Shown: positions 1 to 12,271 of the stretch, piece after piece | How positions within the stretch are numbered: the stretch's first letter is position 1 | Layout of the letters: each line of letters begins with the position of its first letter | Source of the DNA: Eledone cirrhosa | Lineage: Eukaryota | Length of the DNA stretch: 64,000 nt | Direction of reading: 5' to 3' | Assembly: GCA_964016885.1 (NCBI GenBank) | Contig: OZ024742.1 | Location: 48,112,001-48,176,000, forward strand | The notes under the pieces: model-generated | What the model saw: the letters and a program-made list of their open reading frames with translations, nothing else | Databases searched by the model: none | Told to the model about the DNA's origin: nothing | Translations under genes and position numbers: made by a program

Positions 1-327
1 CCCATACTCACGTCGAGTGGGGTACTATTGGATATTTTAATCCAAATAGAGTCGTCGAAATTAATCACCGACTTTCGGGCATTGAGGATGACATCGACTT
101 CGAAATCCTTAACCACTGTGAGTGTTTTAGCGAAATTGATAGCTCTAAGGAGAAGAAAGTATGGGCGCCAGTGACTCTGCGGAGGTTACTGTTCTTATTG
201 GCCTTTTCCTTCTTTTCTCTATCAAGGACGAATTCCCCAACGCGGGCGGTGGTTTGTACCATGACAATGGTCTTTTAACCATGACCAAGTGCGGACTTCG
301 TGCTTGAGACAGGTTCAGAAAAGAACT

Positions 328-330
<3 letters not shown>
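1..330 (+). pseudogene. Penelope-like RT fragment (Hydra-like), decayed
   Basis: From 161 reads MGASDSAEVTVLIGLFLL...GGGLYHDNGLL, matching MGSSDSAQVTDLVGLFLI...GGLYRDDMLL of the PLE at 13161-13814; ends at (TA)n. Confidence 0.75.
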
Positions 331-407
<77 letters not shown>

Positions 408-744
408 AATAATGGAGCTGCGGCGTTGCAAATGGGTTACATATCAAAAAGTTGGTCCTTCATCAGTGGCCTTCCAACCGTCGTAGGCATTTCATCGCTT
501 TAAAGGCCATATACCTCAGGTTGGTGCGAGCTACGGCTAAAAAAAGTCGTTGGGACACGTAAATAAAGGGGACGCTAGGGTAAACAAACAAAATGGTTTA
601 AGCAACAGAAAGTGATGAAGAAGAAAGAAACAAGTCCCAGATTTCTATGAATATAAATTCGGTGGAATCGTGAACGAGAGAATAAAGACCATCATTATAT
701 GACCATATTATATTATGTTATATTATATATATTACATTATATTA

Positions 745-834
745 CTTAACTCTGCCTTTCATCCGGGGTCGATAAAATAATGTACCAGTAATGCACTGGG
801 TTATTTCTGGCCTTGTGTCAAAAGTAGAAACAAT

Positions 835-835
<1 letters not shown>
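745..835 (+). mobile_element. SINE 3' fragment (Meta-domain-like)
   Basis: gcctttcatcc-ggggtcgataaaata..gtaccagtaatgcactggg..ggccttgtgtcaaaagtagaaac, as in the fuller copy at 30277-30455. Confidence 0.75.
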
Positions 836-881
<46 letters not shown>

Positions 882-882
<1 letters not shown>

Positions 883-1579
883 GATATGTGTCAGAAGAAT
901 CACAGAACTGATGTCACAAAAGATTTATTTCAAACCCAAACTTCACATTAAGAGTTTTCTTACTGCAAAGTAATCCCCCTGGAGTATGTAACTGTAATCT
1001 TAGCTCTATGTAGCGATCACAATTTTTTCTTCATAATTTTATATAATTGTTTCTACGTTAGGCACAAGGCCAGCAATTATCCAGTGTATTACTGGTACTT
1101 TATTTTATCGACCCCGTAAGGATGAAAGGCAAAGTTAACCTCGGCAGGATTTGAACTCAGAATGGCAAATTCAGGTCGTTAAGCAAAGAGTACAGAGCAA
1201 CGAACAAACTTGAAGTTTCTGGTACGGTTGGGGAAAACTCCGCTGCTGCAAGTGTGCCAGGACATTCTCGAGCATATTGAAAGCGGACCAGACTTCCTAG
1301 GGACAGTCATCATCGGTGATGAGTCATGGATCTTCGAGTACCACCCGGAGGGGGACCCGTTTTGAAGTCGTAGACGACATCAAAAAGGCTGTGACGACGG
1401 AACTGCGGAGGATCCCGGAAGAATCCTTCCAGGAGTGCATGCAAGTGTGGCAGAAAAGGATGGAAAAGTGCATTAGACTTGAGGGGGATTACGTTAAAGG
1501 AGAAAATTCTTAGTGTGAAGTTTGGGTTTGAAATAAATCTTTTGTGACGTCAGTCCTGGAACTTCTCTGACACATCTCG
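882..1579 (+). mobile_element. Internally deleted mariner-family DNA transposon
   Basis: ~100-bp inverted ends (882-985 / 1478-1579) flanked by TA; remnants CQDILEHIESGPDFLGTVIIGDESW and GTRFEVVDDIKKAVTTELRRIPEESFQECMQVWQKRMEKCIRLEGDY. Confidence 0.85.
1045..1165 (-). mobile_element. tRNA-derived SINE inserted in the mariner remnant
   Basis: Minus strand has B-box gagttcaaatcc and gcctttcatccttacggggtcgataaaataaagtaccag. Confidence 0.8.
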
Positions 1580-1605
1580 TATATATATATATATATATAT
1601 ATACA

Positions 1606-1717
<112 letters not shown>

Positions 1718-1721
1718 TATC

Positions 1722-1890
1722 TATAGTAATAATAATAAATGTGAAGACTAAAATCCAAAGACGGCTCGATAAGGATAAATATATATCAAATATATGAGAA
1801 CCCTTGAGCAAATACTTATATAAAATAACATATTGAAGGTTAAGGGTGAAAGCAGCGATTCTTAGCTTAAACTTTAATCTGTTATTTTAT
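1722..1890. mobile_element. Short fold-back PLE-end element, family G
   Basis: Minus arm with tail (1722-1830) joined to a tail-less plus arm (1839-1890); homologous to 44105-44292 and 49783-49860; flanked by (TA)n. Confidence 0.65.
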
Positions 1891-1900
1891 ATATATATAT

Positions 1901-2269
1901 ATTAGTAAAAGGAAAAGAAAATGCTGACAAATTTGTCCCAGTGAAAAATAGTTTAATTAGGAATAGGCAAAAATTAGTAATAAGTATTGGTTAATATTCA
2001 GTTTTAGTTTTAAGTTTTTACCGGTTGCGCATTTCTAATGCTTTTCAAAAATAATTTTAATTATATCAAAAATAATTTTAATTATTTTTGAAAAGCATTA
2101 GAAATACGCAACCGGTAAAAACTTAAAACTAAAACTGAATACTAACCAATACTTATTACTAATTTTTACTTATTCCTAATTAAACTATTTTTCACTGGAA
2201 AACATTTGTCAGCATTTTCTTTTCCTTTTACTAATATATCACAACTCGTGTGTTACACCTCTATTCTTT

Positions 2270-2272
<3 letters not shown>
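1901..2272 (+). mobile_element. Fold-back element, family H, with variant hammerhead motif
   Basis: ~160-bp inverted arms (1901-2062 / 2073-2238) plus 3' tail 2239-2272; homologous to 20270-20472; flanked by (TA)n. Confidence 0.7.
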
Positions 2273-2329
<57 letters not shown>

Positions 2330-2489
2330 TATATTGTACGTCAATACTCATCCTTTTCCATGTGTCTGAGGGTTCTAAACCCCATTATCAGACTAACATC
2401 TCTTTAGTCAAAAAATCCGGTGAAAGCTATTCTATTTTCTAATGTCAAACCTGCTCGCTGTTTCAAATCATATTTACATATATTATATC

Positions 2490-3175
2490 ATATTATTAGT
2501 TTTATAGTTTACGAAAAAACATCAGAGTCTTCTTCAACAAAATAAGCCTAGGTATCACTTTTGAAGTTAACTCTAAAATGCAAATTTTTAGATGTAACAC
2601 TCAACCTAAACACAGGATTAATAGAGCCCTTCCATAAAAATAACGAGAATCAAGCCTACATTAGTTATAACTAAAACCACCCCCGATCCATAATTAACTC
2701 CATATCACATAGTATATTCCTCAGAATATTCCGCCTATCTTCTAACCTAGAGATTTTTAACCAACACGCAATCTATTATAACATAGATCTACATACGGCA
2801 GGACATAAAGAGGGGCTGGAATACATAACAGATAGAGACAGCAGTAACCAACCTAACGACAACTACGCTAGCCACACCTATAGAAATAACAAGCATAGGA
2901 CTAAGCATAGAATTAGACAACGAGCACCAAAAATAACTGAACCGAACACTAATATAGAGACCCTAATAACTATAGAAGATCCAGAGATAGAAAATAACTA
3001 TGGTTCAATCCGATATTCAACTCCTCTTTAAAAACTAAACTACATTCTACATTCTTTAAGCTAATAGACAAGCACTTCCCTAAACTACACACATATCATA
3101 GAATCTTTAATAGAAAAACTATAAAACTATCTTACTCTACTGCAGCCAACATAGAATCACGCATCCGTAAAATCT
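2490..3175 (+). pseudogene. Penelope-like element fragment (RT thumb/linker), decayed
   Basis: DVTLNLNTG, NHPRSI, RLSSNLEIF, WFNPIF, LIDKHFPKLHTYHRIFNRKTIKLSYS; homologous to 8156-9136. Confidence 0.8.
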
Positions 3176-3575
3176 TTTACTTTTTACTTTTTACATCTGT
3201 AACTTCTCTACCTATTTATCATATATATTTTATTATTGATGTTATTGTTTTGATTATACGCTATTGCTCTATATATATCTTGCCTCGAGCGAATTATATT
3301 TATATGTTTGTATTTTGATGAGTTGATCAGATGTAAATAATGTAATGGAGATCGAATGACGCAACTTCAAGCGATTAACGACTTCTAGACTCACCTGATC
3401 AACGAAACAATTATCAATAACTAAATTAAATCCCCTTGTTGTACAGCCAACCATGTTACTCTTCATTCTTTCACTATATTATATTATATATATCGTATTA
3501 TATTTATATCATATTATATATATATACATATTATATAATATATATATCATATTATATATATATTATATACATATT

Positions 3576-3624
<49 letters not shown>

Positions 3625-3664
3625 GATATTAAATAAATGGAAACTATATTTATAAAACCATATT

Positions 3665-3730
3665 TATTTCATTATATATATTTCAGGGATATCATATTAA
3701 CAATATGTTATGCCTTCCTCAGACAAAATA
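3665..3730 (-). ncRNA. Type I hammerhead ribozyme, family A
   Basis: Reverse complement of 10493-10558. Confidence 0.75.
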
Positions 3731-4621
3731 CAATATAGACAGTTTTATAGATAAATAGATTTGACATACCGTTCAACATCGACTTGTATTTGAAAAAGAT
3801 GATTTGGCAGTGAAAAATTGTAAACAGAAAGAAAGAAAGAAAGAAAGAAGGAAAGAAAGAAGGAAAGAAAGAAGGAAAGAAAGAAAGAAAAAGAAGAAAA
3901 AGAAGTAATGCATGCAACAAAATAGAGAGATGGAAAGATAGATAAAGAGAAGAACTTCATGCAAAGAAACAGAGAGAGAGATATATAGAGAGAGGAAATA
4001 GATAGAGATAGATATATATAGAGAAAAGTAGGTAGTTGAACATCCGTTGAATGAACGTATCAATGATACATTTATTTATTTATTTATTTATTTAGCTCTA
4101 GTATTAATGTAAGGGAGATATATGTGGTTAGGAAAGAAACCAGCCGTTATATAGAGAGAAAAATGAAAAGTAACCAGACATAGGCGAGGCAGAATTAAAA
4201 AACCCTATGTTTTAATGTAGAAATATTAGTTCGTATAAAAACCAGGCACTATAATGTAAATATCAGTATTCCTGAATGAGACACGTATCCATAATGTGTG
4301 AAAAGTAATGATCTTATGTCTAGTTTTAAAAATGCATATGTTTATATGATAACTACAAACATCGATGTGAATTTACGTGATCAACTCTGCAAACCCCTAT
4401 TTCACACGGAGAACATTCTCATTGTGCTATAAAAATTTAAGTATACATATATGTGTATATATACACATATATATAGAGTCTATATTAATTTTAACAATAC
4501 TATTCTTGTCTTTACTCTACATGATTATCTATCAAGCAGAAATAGAGAACAGATTTCAATATATTAATAAAGAATATCAGAAACAAAAACAAAAAATAAT
4601 AATAATAATAATATTAATAAC

Positions 4622-4663
<42 letters not shown>

Positions 4664-4664
<1 letters not shown>

Positions 4665-7600
4665 GAACGTCATGTGACAGACTCTCACCCAACAGGTGCC
4701 CCCTGGCTCAGCAGCAGGAACCTGACTGTCAACCAAATACTGCTGATGTTGGAGGAAGAAGAGGAAGGAAAGGGGCCAGAACCAACTGGACGAAAGAATT
4801 GAATAGAACTGTTATGCAATGCTACCTGAAAAGTAACCCCAAGGAGAGGGGCTACAGGAGACGGATGCATAACATCTGGAACGAGATTGGTTTATTTAAA
4901 TTAGATGAACAAAAATTGGCCGGGCAGGCTCGGGTAATAAGAACTAATGGGTGGATAAGCGAGGTGGAACTGGAGGAACTGAGCAGAGAGAATGGCTTGG
5001 AGATGGCGGGTGTAGTATGCCAGACAAGCGAGCCAGTGGGAAATGAAGGTGAAGAGGTCCTGAGAACGGAGGAACCACCTGAAGCAGACAATGATCTGAA
5101 TACTGAGATAAATAATACCTGGAACAGAGATACGGCCACTGAGGAGATGAATGCTGACGGGCTAGGGCAAGATTCGGTTGACATCCTAAATTTAGTGGTA
5201 GATGAATTGAACAATGATAGTGGGAGATCTATGAACCTAAGATTTGTAGACAGGAAAAAGTTAAAATAAACAACAGCTAAGGTAAACAAAGTCATCCCAT
5301 ACCTTGAGGCGAGGAGCCTTCACCAGTGCAACAATATCCTCAAAGCAACAGCAAATACGGTGAGGAAACTACTTGGTATAAAAGCGAGAGGAAACAACAG
5401 ACAAGAAAGAGCAGAGCCGTGGTGGAAGAAGCGACTGAGTGGGCAAATCGGGGAAATGAGAAATGACATAGGAAAGCTTGAGTCACTACTGAATGGGACA
5501 CTAAAAAACATAGGCACTAAAAATAGACTGGAAATAAAATACAAAACTAGGAGTAAAAAGCTAAATATTATCATAGAGGAATTGAAGCAACGCATTGTAG
5601 CAAAGAGTGCAAAAATCAGGCGATACGAGAACAGAGTCAGTCAGTATAAACAGAACCGCATGTTCGACAACAACCAGAGGATGCTGTTTGGACAGCTTGA
5701 GGGGAAAGAAAGAGGCAACGACTTGATCCCTGGGGCGGAACAAACTAAAACATTCTGGAGAGGAATATGGGAGCAGGATGTTAGACACAATGCCCAGGCA
5801 GGGTGGATTGAGACAGTACAGAGGGAGATCGGTGAGCAGGCACAACAACAAACTGATTTGAGTATCACAGTTGAAACTCTCAAGGGGCAAGCCAAAAAAC
5901 TAACCAACTGGAAATCACCAGGCCCAGATGGTGTGCAGGGGTATTGGATTAAACATTTAACATCCCTCCACCCGAAGCTGACGGCCATGTTCAATGACTG
6001 CTTGGTGTCGGGTGAGGTGCCAGAGTGGTTGACAAAAGGTACCACAGTTCTGATAATGAAAGACCGAATCAAGGGTAATGATGTTACCAACTATAGACCT
6101 ATCACATGTCTGTCCGTAATGTGGAAACTGTTGACGAGCATTGTGTCTGAGGAAATCTACCATCACCTCCACACAAACAACTTGTTACCGGACGAACAGA
6201 AAGGATGCCGAAAGAAGTCACGTGGTACAAAGGACCAGTTGCTTATTGATAAGATGGTAATGGGGAATTGCAGGAGGAGACACACTGATCTTGCCATGGG
6301 ATGGATAGACTACAGAAAGGCATTTGACATGGTGCCTCATTCCTGGATCACCAAAAGCCTGGAGATCTTCAGGGTGGCAGATAACATCAGACAGTTGCTG
6401 GGCAGGAGTATGGGGTCCTGGGAGACAGAGTTGACATCAACTGGAGTATCCTTGGGAAGCGTGAAGATCAAGAGAGGTATCTTCCAGGGAGATAGCCTGT
6501 CCCCTCTGTTGTTTGTCCTTGCCCTGATGCCCTTGACCATTATGCTGCGAAAAGTGAGAGCAGGATACAAGTTGGGAAGGGGAGAGCTTACCATCAATCA
6601 CCTCCTCTTCATGGACGATCTTAAGCTCTTCGGGAAAAGTGAGAAGGAGTTGGATGTGCTTGTTGACACTACGTATTTTCAGCAGTGATATATGTATGCA
6701 GTTTGGTATTGGTAAATGTGGAGTCATTGTGATGAAGAGGGGTAGGTTGAGCAGAAGTATCGGGATCCAGATACCAACAGGTGAGATGATAAAGGAAATT
6801 GACTCTGAGGAAGGATACAAGTATTTGGGCGTTCTGGAGGCTGATGGCATAAAGAACAAAAAAATGAAGGAATTGTTAAGAACTGAATACATTCGGAGAG
6901 TAAGGAGCGTATTGAAGTCACATCTGAACAGCAGAAATGCCATAAGCGCAGTAAATTCCCGAGCTGTGTCTATTATTAGGTACAGTGCGGGAATTCTGAG
7001 ATGGAATGTTGCTGAACAAAAAGAAATGGATAGGAAGACTAGGAAGCTATTGACTATCTACAACATGTTCCACAAGAGGAGTGATGTCGATAGACTCTAC
7101 CTAAGGAGATCTGAGGGTGGAAGAGGTCTTATCAGCATAGAGGACTGTGTTCAGATGGAGAAAAACAACCTATACAAATACGTGACCTATAGTAAGGAGC
7201 CAATGCTCAGAACTGTACTGAAGGAGGGGACAGTAGGCCAGGGGATGTCCAAGGAGGAAATAACATCAAGGAGGAAGAGCAGCCTTAAGGGAAAATCCCT
7301 TCATAGTACCTTCTTTGAGAAAACTGAATTTAGAGATCCACAGACATGGAACTGGTTGAGAAGAGGAGACCTCAAAAAGGCTACAGAAGGAATACTAATG
7401 GCTGCGCAGGAGCAGGCCCTCAAAACGAAGTGGTTGAAGCACCATATCTACAAGGAGGAGGCTAGCCCACTGTGCAGGATCTGTGGAGAGAGAGAGGAGA
7501 CTGTGGCTCACATTGTGTCCGAGTGTAAACACCTAGCCCAGACCCACTATAAGGGCTGGAGACATGATGTGATGGGCAGGATGATCCACTGGCACCTGTG

Positions 7601-8155
7601 CAAAGTAAACAATTTACCACATTCTGAGAAATGGTATGAGCATAGGCCAGAGGCGGTGATGGAGAACAATCAGGTCAAGGTGCTGTGGGATTTTAGGATA
7701 CAGACGGACAAAAAACTGGAACACAATAGACCTGACCTGGTGGTTGTGGACAAAGAAAAAAGATCGTGCCTGATTGTGGATGTGGCCTGCCCGTTCGACA
7801 TGAGAGTGCAAGAGAAGGAGAGGGAGAAAATTAACGGATACCAGGACCTAAAGTGGGAGGTGAAAAGGATTTGGAACTGCCATGAAGTCAAAGTGATCCC
7901 CATTGTCATAGGCGCACTGGGGACTATCTCCAACAGTTTCCAGGGATGGTTAAAGAGAATCGGCCCCTTCACGCTTTTTGGAACGTTTCAAAAGGCATGC
8001 TTGCTTGGAACAGAGAGAACCCTCCGATACGTCCTGAATATCTGAGGCCGCAGGTAGTGGCTTGATATTCAATCCAACGGACTTTCCAGTTAACCAACAT
8101 CAATGACTGAGATTCAAGGAATAACAATAATAATAATAATAATAATAATAATAAT
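4664..8155 (+). mobile_element. R4/Dong-clade non-LTR retrotransposon, near full length, in (TAA)n
   Basis: KSPGPDG, WIDYRKAFD, IFQGDSLSPLLF, HLLFMDDLKL; CCHC knuckle CRICGEREETVAHIVSEC; RHD and RPDLVV..DVAC restriction-like endonuclease; (TAA)n on both sides. Confidence 0.93.
4799..8045 (+). pseudogene. R4/Dong ORF (N-terminal domain, RT, zinc knuckle, RLE)
   Basis: 4799-5269 and 5360-6688 share a frame, split by a stop at 5267-5269; frameshift near 6668 into 6639-8045. Confidence 0.9.
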
Positions 8156-9136
8156 TCACAAGTTGAATGAAAACTTAAACTATGTCAGCTTTAACTCTAA
8201 CCACCCCAGATCTGTCAAAAACACTATAGTAAACTCTGTTCAAAAACGTATCTCTAGAATCTCGTCTAATAGAAAGATTTTCGACGAAAAAGCCCAGTAC
8301 TACAATGAAGCGTTAGCTAGAGCAGGATATACTGATAAGATTATGTACATAGATAATGATAGACAAACTAAACAAAATAACAACTATTTTAATTACGGCC
8401 ACAACCTTAACAACTATAATAGAAAGCATTACAATAATTCCAAAAGCCAAAAAAGAAATAGAACTAGGAACATAATTTCCCCCCCCCCCCTTCTCACTAA
8501 ACATTAAAACCCACATCGCTAAACTATTCTTTAAAGCCCTTGATAATCGCTTCCCTAGAACACATAGGTATCACTCAATTTTCAATAGACATACTATAAA
8601 ATTAACCTACTCATCCACCAAAAATTTAGCACAAAATATTAATAGAATAAATAATAGGAACTTAAAACCTAGCGATAATAGCATAAATAATATACAAGTT
8701 AACAAAAGGAACTGTATAGATAGATCTAAATGTCCGTTAAATAACAACTGCTTAGTTAAAAATATAATATACAACTGTAATGTTAAAACGGACTCTAATT
8801 CTTTTAACTTCGTCGGTTCCACATCGACGGAATTTAAACTTCGCTATAATAACCACAAGAATTCTTTCACAGATCCAAGCAAAAAATCTTCAACAGCACT
8901 ATCAGGCGTACTCTGGCAACTTAGGCAAGATAACGTTAGATATTCGACGGCTTGGAATATAGTCTCAAGAGGGATTCCTTTTAATTCATCCTCTGAGACA
9001 TGTGACCCCCTGCGCGGAGGAGATATTCTTTATACTAAAATCTAAAAATTCCCTCAATCTACGGACAAATTTATTCAGTTGCTGCAAACATAGATTGAAC
9101 TCAACTTTTAAATATAAATTTAAATTTAAAATGTAG
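8156..9136 (+). pseudogene. PLE ORF C-terminal half (thumb, linker, GIY-YIG)
   Basis: SNHPRSV, ISRISSN, HSIFNRHTIKLTYS, CPLNNNCLVKNIIYNC, FVGSTSTEFKLRYNNHKNSF, CCKH; frameshifts. Confidence 0.9.
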
Positions 9137-10492
9137 TATATTTGGTTTGATTTATAATTATTTGGGAAACTAGCCGATAAATCTCTCGATTTCTTCTTTT
9201 TATTCTTCTTTTTATTTTTATTTCTATTTTTATTTAAACATTCTTCATGAAAAATTAAACTACCCTAAAAGTTGATGCTCCAAATATATCGAATAAACGT
9301 TACACTAGATAAACTTCTATATTAAATATAAGAACATATGTAGACCAAATGGGCATCCTAAACTTTTTGAAATGATTTTTGCTAGACGCGATTTGGTAAA
9401 TAATTTTTAGCTTTATCTGTTTTCGACTCTGATGCTTATAATGAACTTGGCAATATATTGTCAATTAATTTTGAAGGGTTGATCTTTGTGGTTGATTTGC
9501 GTGGCATATTATGTTTCTATTATGTTTTTATTTTTATTATTTTAATATTTTTTAATATTTTTAATATTTTTATTTTTAATATGTAATATTTTTTAGTTTT
9601 CTATTTTATTTATTTGTTTATTATTATTATTATTATTATTATTTTTTGTTTTTGTTTCTGATATGTTTTATTAATATATTGAAATCTGTTCTCTATTTCT
9701 GCTTGATAGATAATCATGTAGAGTAAAGACAAGAATAGTATTGTTAAAATTAATATAGACTCTATATATATGTGTATATATACACATATATGTATACTTA
9801 AATTTTTATAGCACAATGAGAATGTTCTCCGTGTGAAATAGGGGTTTGCAGAGTTGATCACGTAAATTCACATCGATGTTTGTAGTTATCATATAAACAT
9901 ATGAATTTTTAAAACTAGACATAAGATCATTACTTTTCACACATTATGGATACGTGTCTCATTCAGGAATACTGATATTTACATTATAGTGCCTGGTTTT
10001 TATACGAACTAATATTTCTACATTAAAACATAGGGTTTTTTAATTCTGCCTCGCCTATGTCTGGTTACTTTTCATTTTTCTCTCTATATAACGGCTGGTT
10101 TCTTTCCTAACCACATATATCTCCCTTACATTAATACTAGAGCTAAATAAATAAATAAATAAATAAATGTATCATTGATACGTTCATTCAACGGATGTTC
10201 AACTACCTACTTTTCTCTATATATATCAATCTCTATCTATTTCCTCTCTCTATATATATCTCTCTCTGTTTCTTTACAGGAAGTTCTTCTCTTTATCTAT
10301 CTTTCCATCTCTCTATTTTGTTGCATGCATTTCTTCTTTTTCTTCTTTTTCTTCGTTTTCTTTCTTTCTTTCCTTCTTTCTTTCTTTCTTTCTTTCTGTT
10401 TATACTTTTTCACTGCCAAATCATCTTTTTCAAATACAAGTCGATGTTGAACGGTATGTCAAATCTATTTATCTATAAAACTGTCAATATTG

Positions 10493-10558
10493 TATTTTGT
10501 CTGAGGAAGGCATAACATATTGTTAATATGATATCCCTGAAATATATATAATGAAATA
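10493..10558 (+). ncRNA. Type I hammerhead ribozyme, family A
   Basis: TATTTTGT CTGAGGA [stem II aggcataacata..tatgatatccct] GAAA TATATA TA ATGAAATA; predicted cleavage after 10550. Confidence 0.8.
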
Positions 10559-10685
10559 AATATGGTTTTATAAATATAGTTTCCATTTATTTAATATCGT
10601 AAATATACTCCAAATAGTTGTTGAGTGCTTTTATATCAGTTATAAATATTTACTAGTTGTAACCCAACAATTTAAATATAACTTT

Positions 10686-10731
<46 letters not shown>

Positions 10732-10858
10732 AAAGTTATATTTAAATTGTTGGGTTACAACTAGTAAATATTTATAACTGATATAAAAGCACTCGACAAG
10801 TATTTGGAGTATATTTACGATATTAAATAAATGGAAACTATATTTATAAAACCATATT

Positions 10859-10924
10859 TATTTCATTATATATATTTCAGGGATATCATATTAACAATAT
10901 GCTATGCCTTCCTCAGACAAAATA
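10859..10924 (-). ncRNA. Type I hammerhead ribozyme, family A
   Basis: Same motif as 10493-10558 on the minus strand. Confidence 0.75.
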
Positions 10925-12271
10925 CAATATAGACAGTTTTATAGATAAATAGATTTGACATACCGTACAACATCGACTTGTATTTGAAAAGTTGAATTGG
11001 CAGTGAAAAAATTGTAAACAGAAAGAAAGAAAGAGAGAAAAAAGAAAGAAAGACAGAAAACGAAGAAAAAGAAGAAAAAAAAAGAAGAAATGCATGGAAC
11101 AAAATAGAGAGATGGAAAGATAGATAAAAAGAAGAACTTCATGTAAAGAAACAGAGAGAGAGATATATAGAGAGAGGAAATAGATAGAGATAGATATATA
11201 TATAGAAAAATAGGTAGTTGTACATCCGTTGAGTAAACGTATCAATGATACATTTATTTATTTATTTATTTATTTAGCTCTAGTATTAATGTAAGGGAGA
11301 TATATGTGGTTAGGAGAGAAACCAGCTGTTATATAGAGAGAAAAATGAAAAGTAACCAGACATAGGCGAGGCATAAAAACCCTATGTTTTAATGTAGAAG
11401 TATTAGTATGTATAAAAATCAGGCATTATATTGTAAATAACAGTATTCCTGAATGAGACACGTACCCATAATGTGTGAAAAGTAATGATCTTATGTTTAG
11501 TTTTAAAATTCATATGTTTATATGATAACTACAAACATCGATGTGAATTTACATGATCAACTCTGCAAACCCTAAGTTCACACGAAAACATTCTCATTGT
11601 GCTATAAAAATTTAAGTATACATATATGTGTATATATATACACATATATATATATAGAGTCTATATTACTACTATTCTTGTCTTTACTCTACATGATTAT
11701 CTATCAAGCAGAAATAGAGAGCAGATTTCAATATATTAATAAAAAAATATATCAAAAACAAAACCAAAAAACAACAATAATAATAATAATAAATAATAAT
11801 AAAATAGAAAACTAAAAAATATAAAAAATATTACGAAAAAAATATTACATATTAAAAATATTACATATTAAAAATAAAAATATTAGAAAATACTACAATA
11901 ATAATAAAATAATAAAAATAAACCACAAAGATCAACCCTTCAAAATTAATTGACAATATATTGCCAAGTACATTATAAGCATCAGAGTCGAAAACAGATA
12001 AAGCTAAAAATTATTTATCAAATCGCGTCTAGCAAAAATCATTTCAAAAAGTTTAGGATGCCCATTTGGTCTACATGTGTTCTTATATTTAATATAGAAG
12101 TTTATCTAGTGTAACGTTTATTCGAAATATTTGGAGCATCAACTTTTAGGGTAGTTTAATTTTTCATGAAGAATGTTTAAATAAAAATAGAAATAAAAAG
12201 AAGAATAAAAAGAAGAAATCGAAAGATTTATCGGCTAGTTTCCCAAATAATTATAAATCAAACTAAATATA

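Larger units (their letters stand above)
3622..10687 (+). mobile_element. 5'-truncated PLE, family A copy 1, with 5' inverted pLTR, interrupted by an R4/Dong LINE
   Basis: 3622-4620 is the reverse complement of ~9610-10601; ORF remnant 8156-9136; tail 10602-10687; both ends in (TA)n. Confidence 0.9.

Noticed and set aside
430-480. CTGATGA on the minus strand as a hammerhead
   Set aside because: No GAAA, stem III or stem I in register
4265-4315. CTGAATGA-acac..gtgt-GAAA as a hammerhead
   Set aside because: Extra core base, no stem I or III, and antisense to the element whose HHR is identified elsewhere
4377-4802. 141-aa hydrophobic ORF and similar ORFs at 3708-4063, 9610-11815 and 13947-14858
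   Set aside because: Low-complexity PLE UTR and (TAA)n read-through; they recur only because the UTR is repeated
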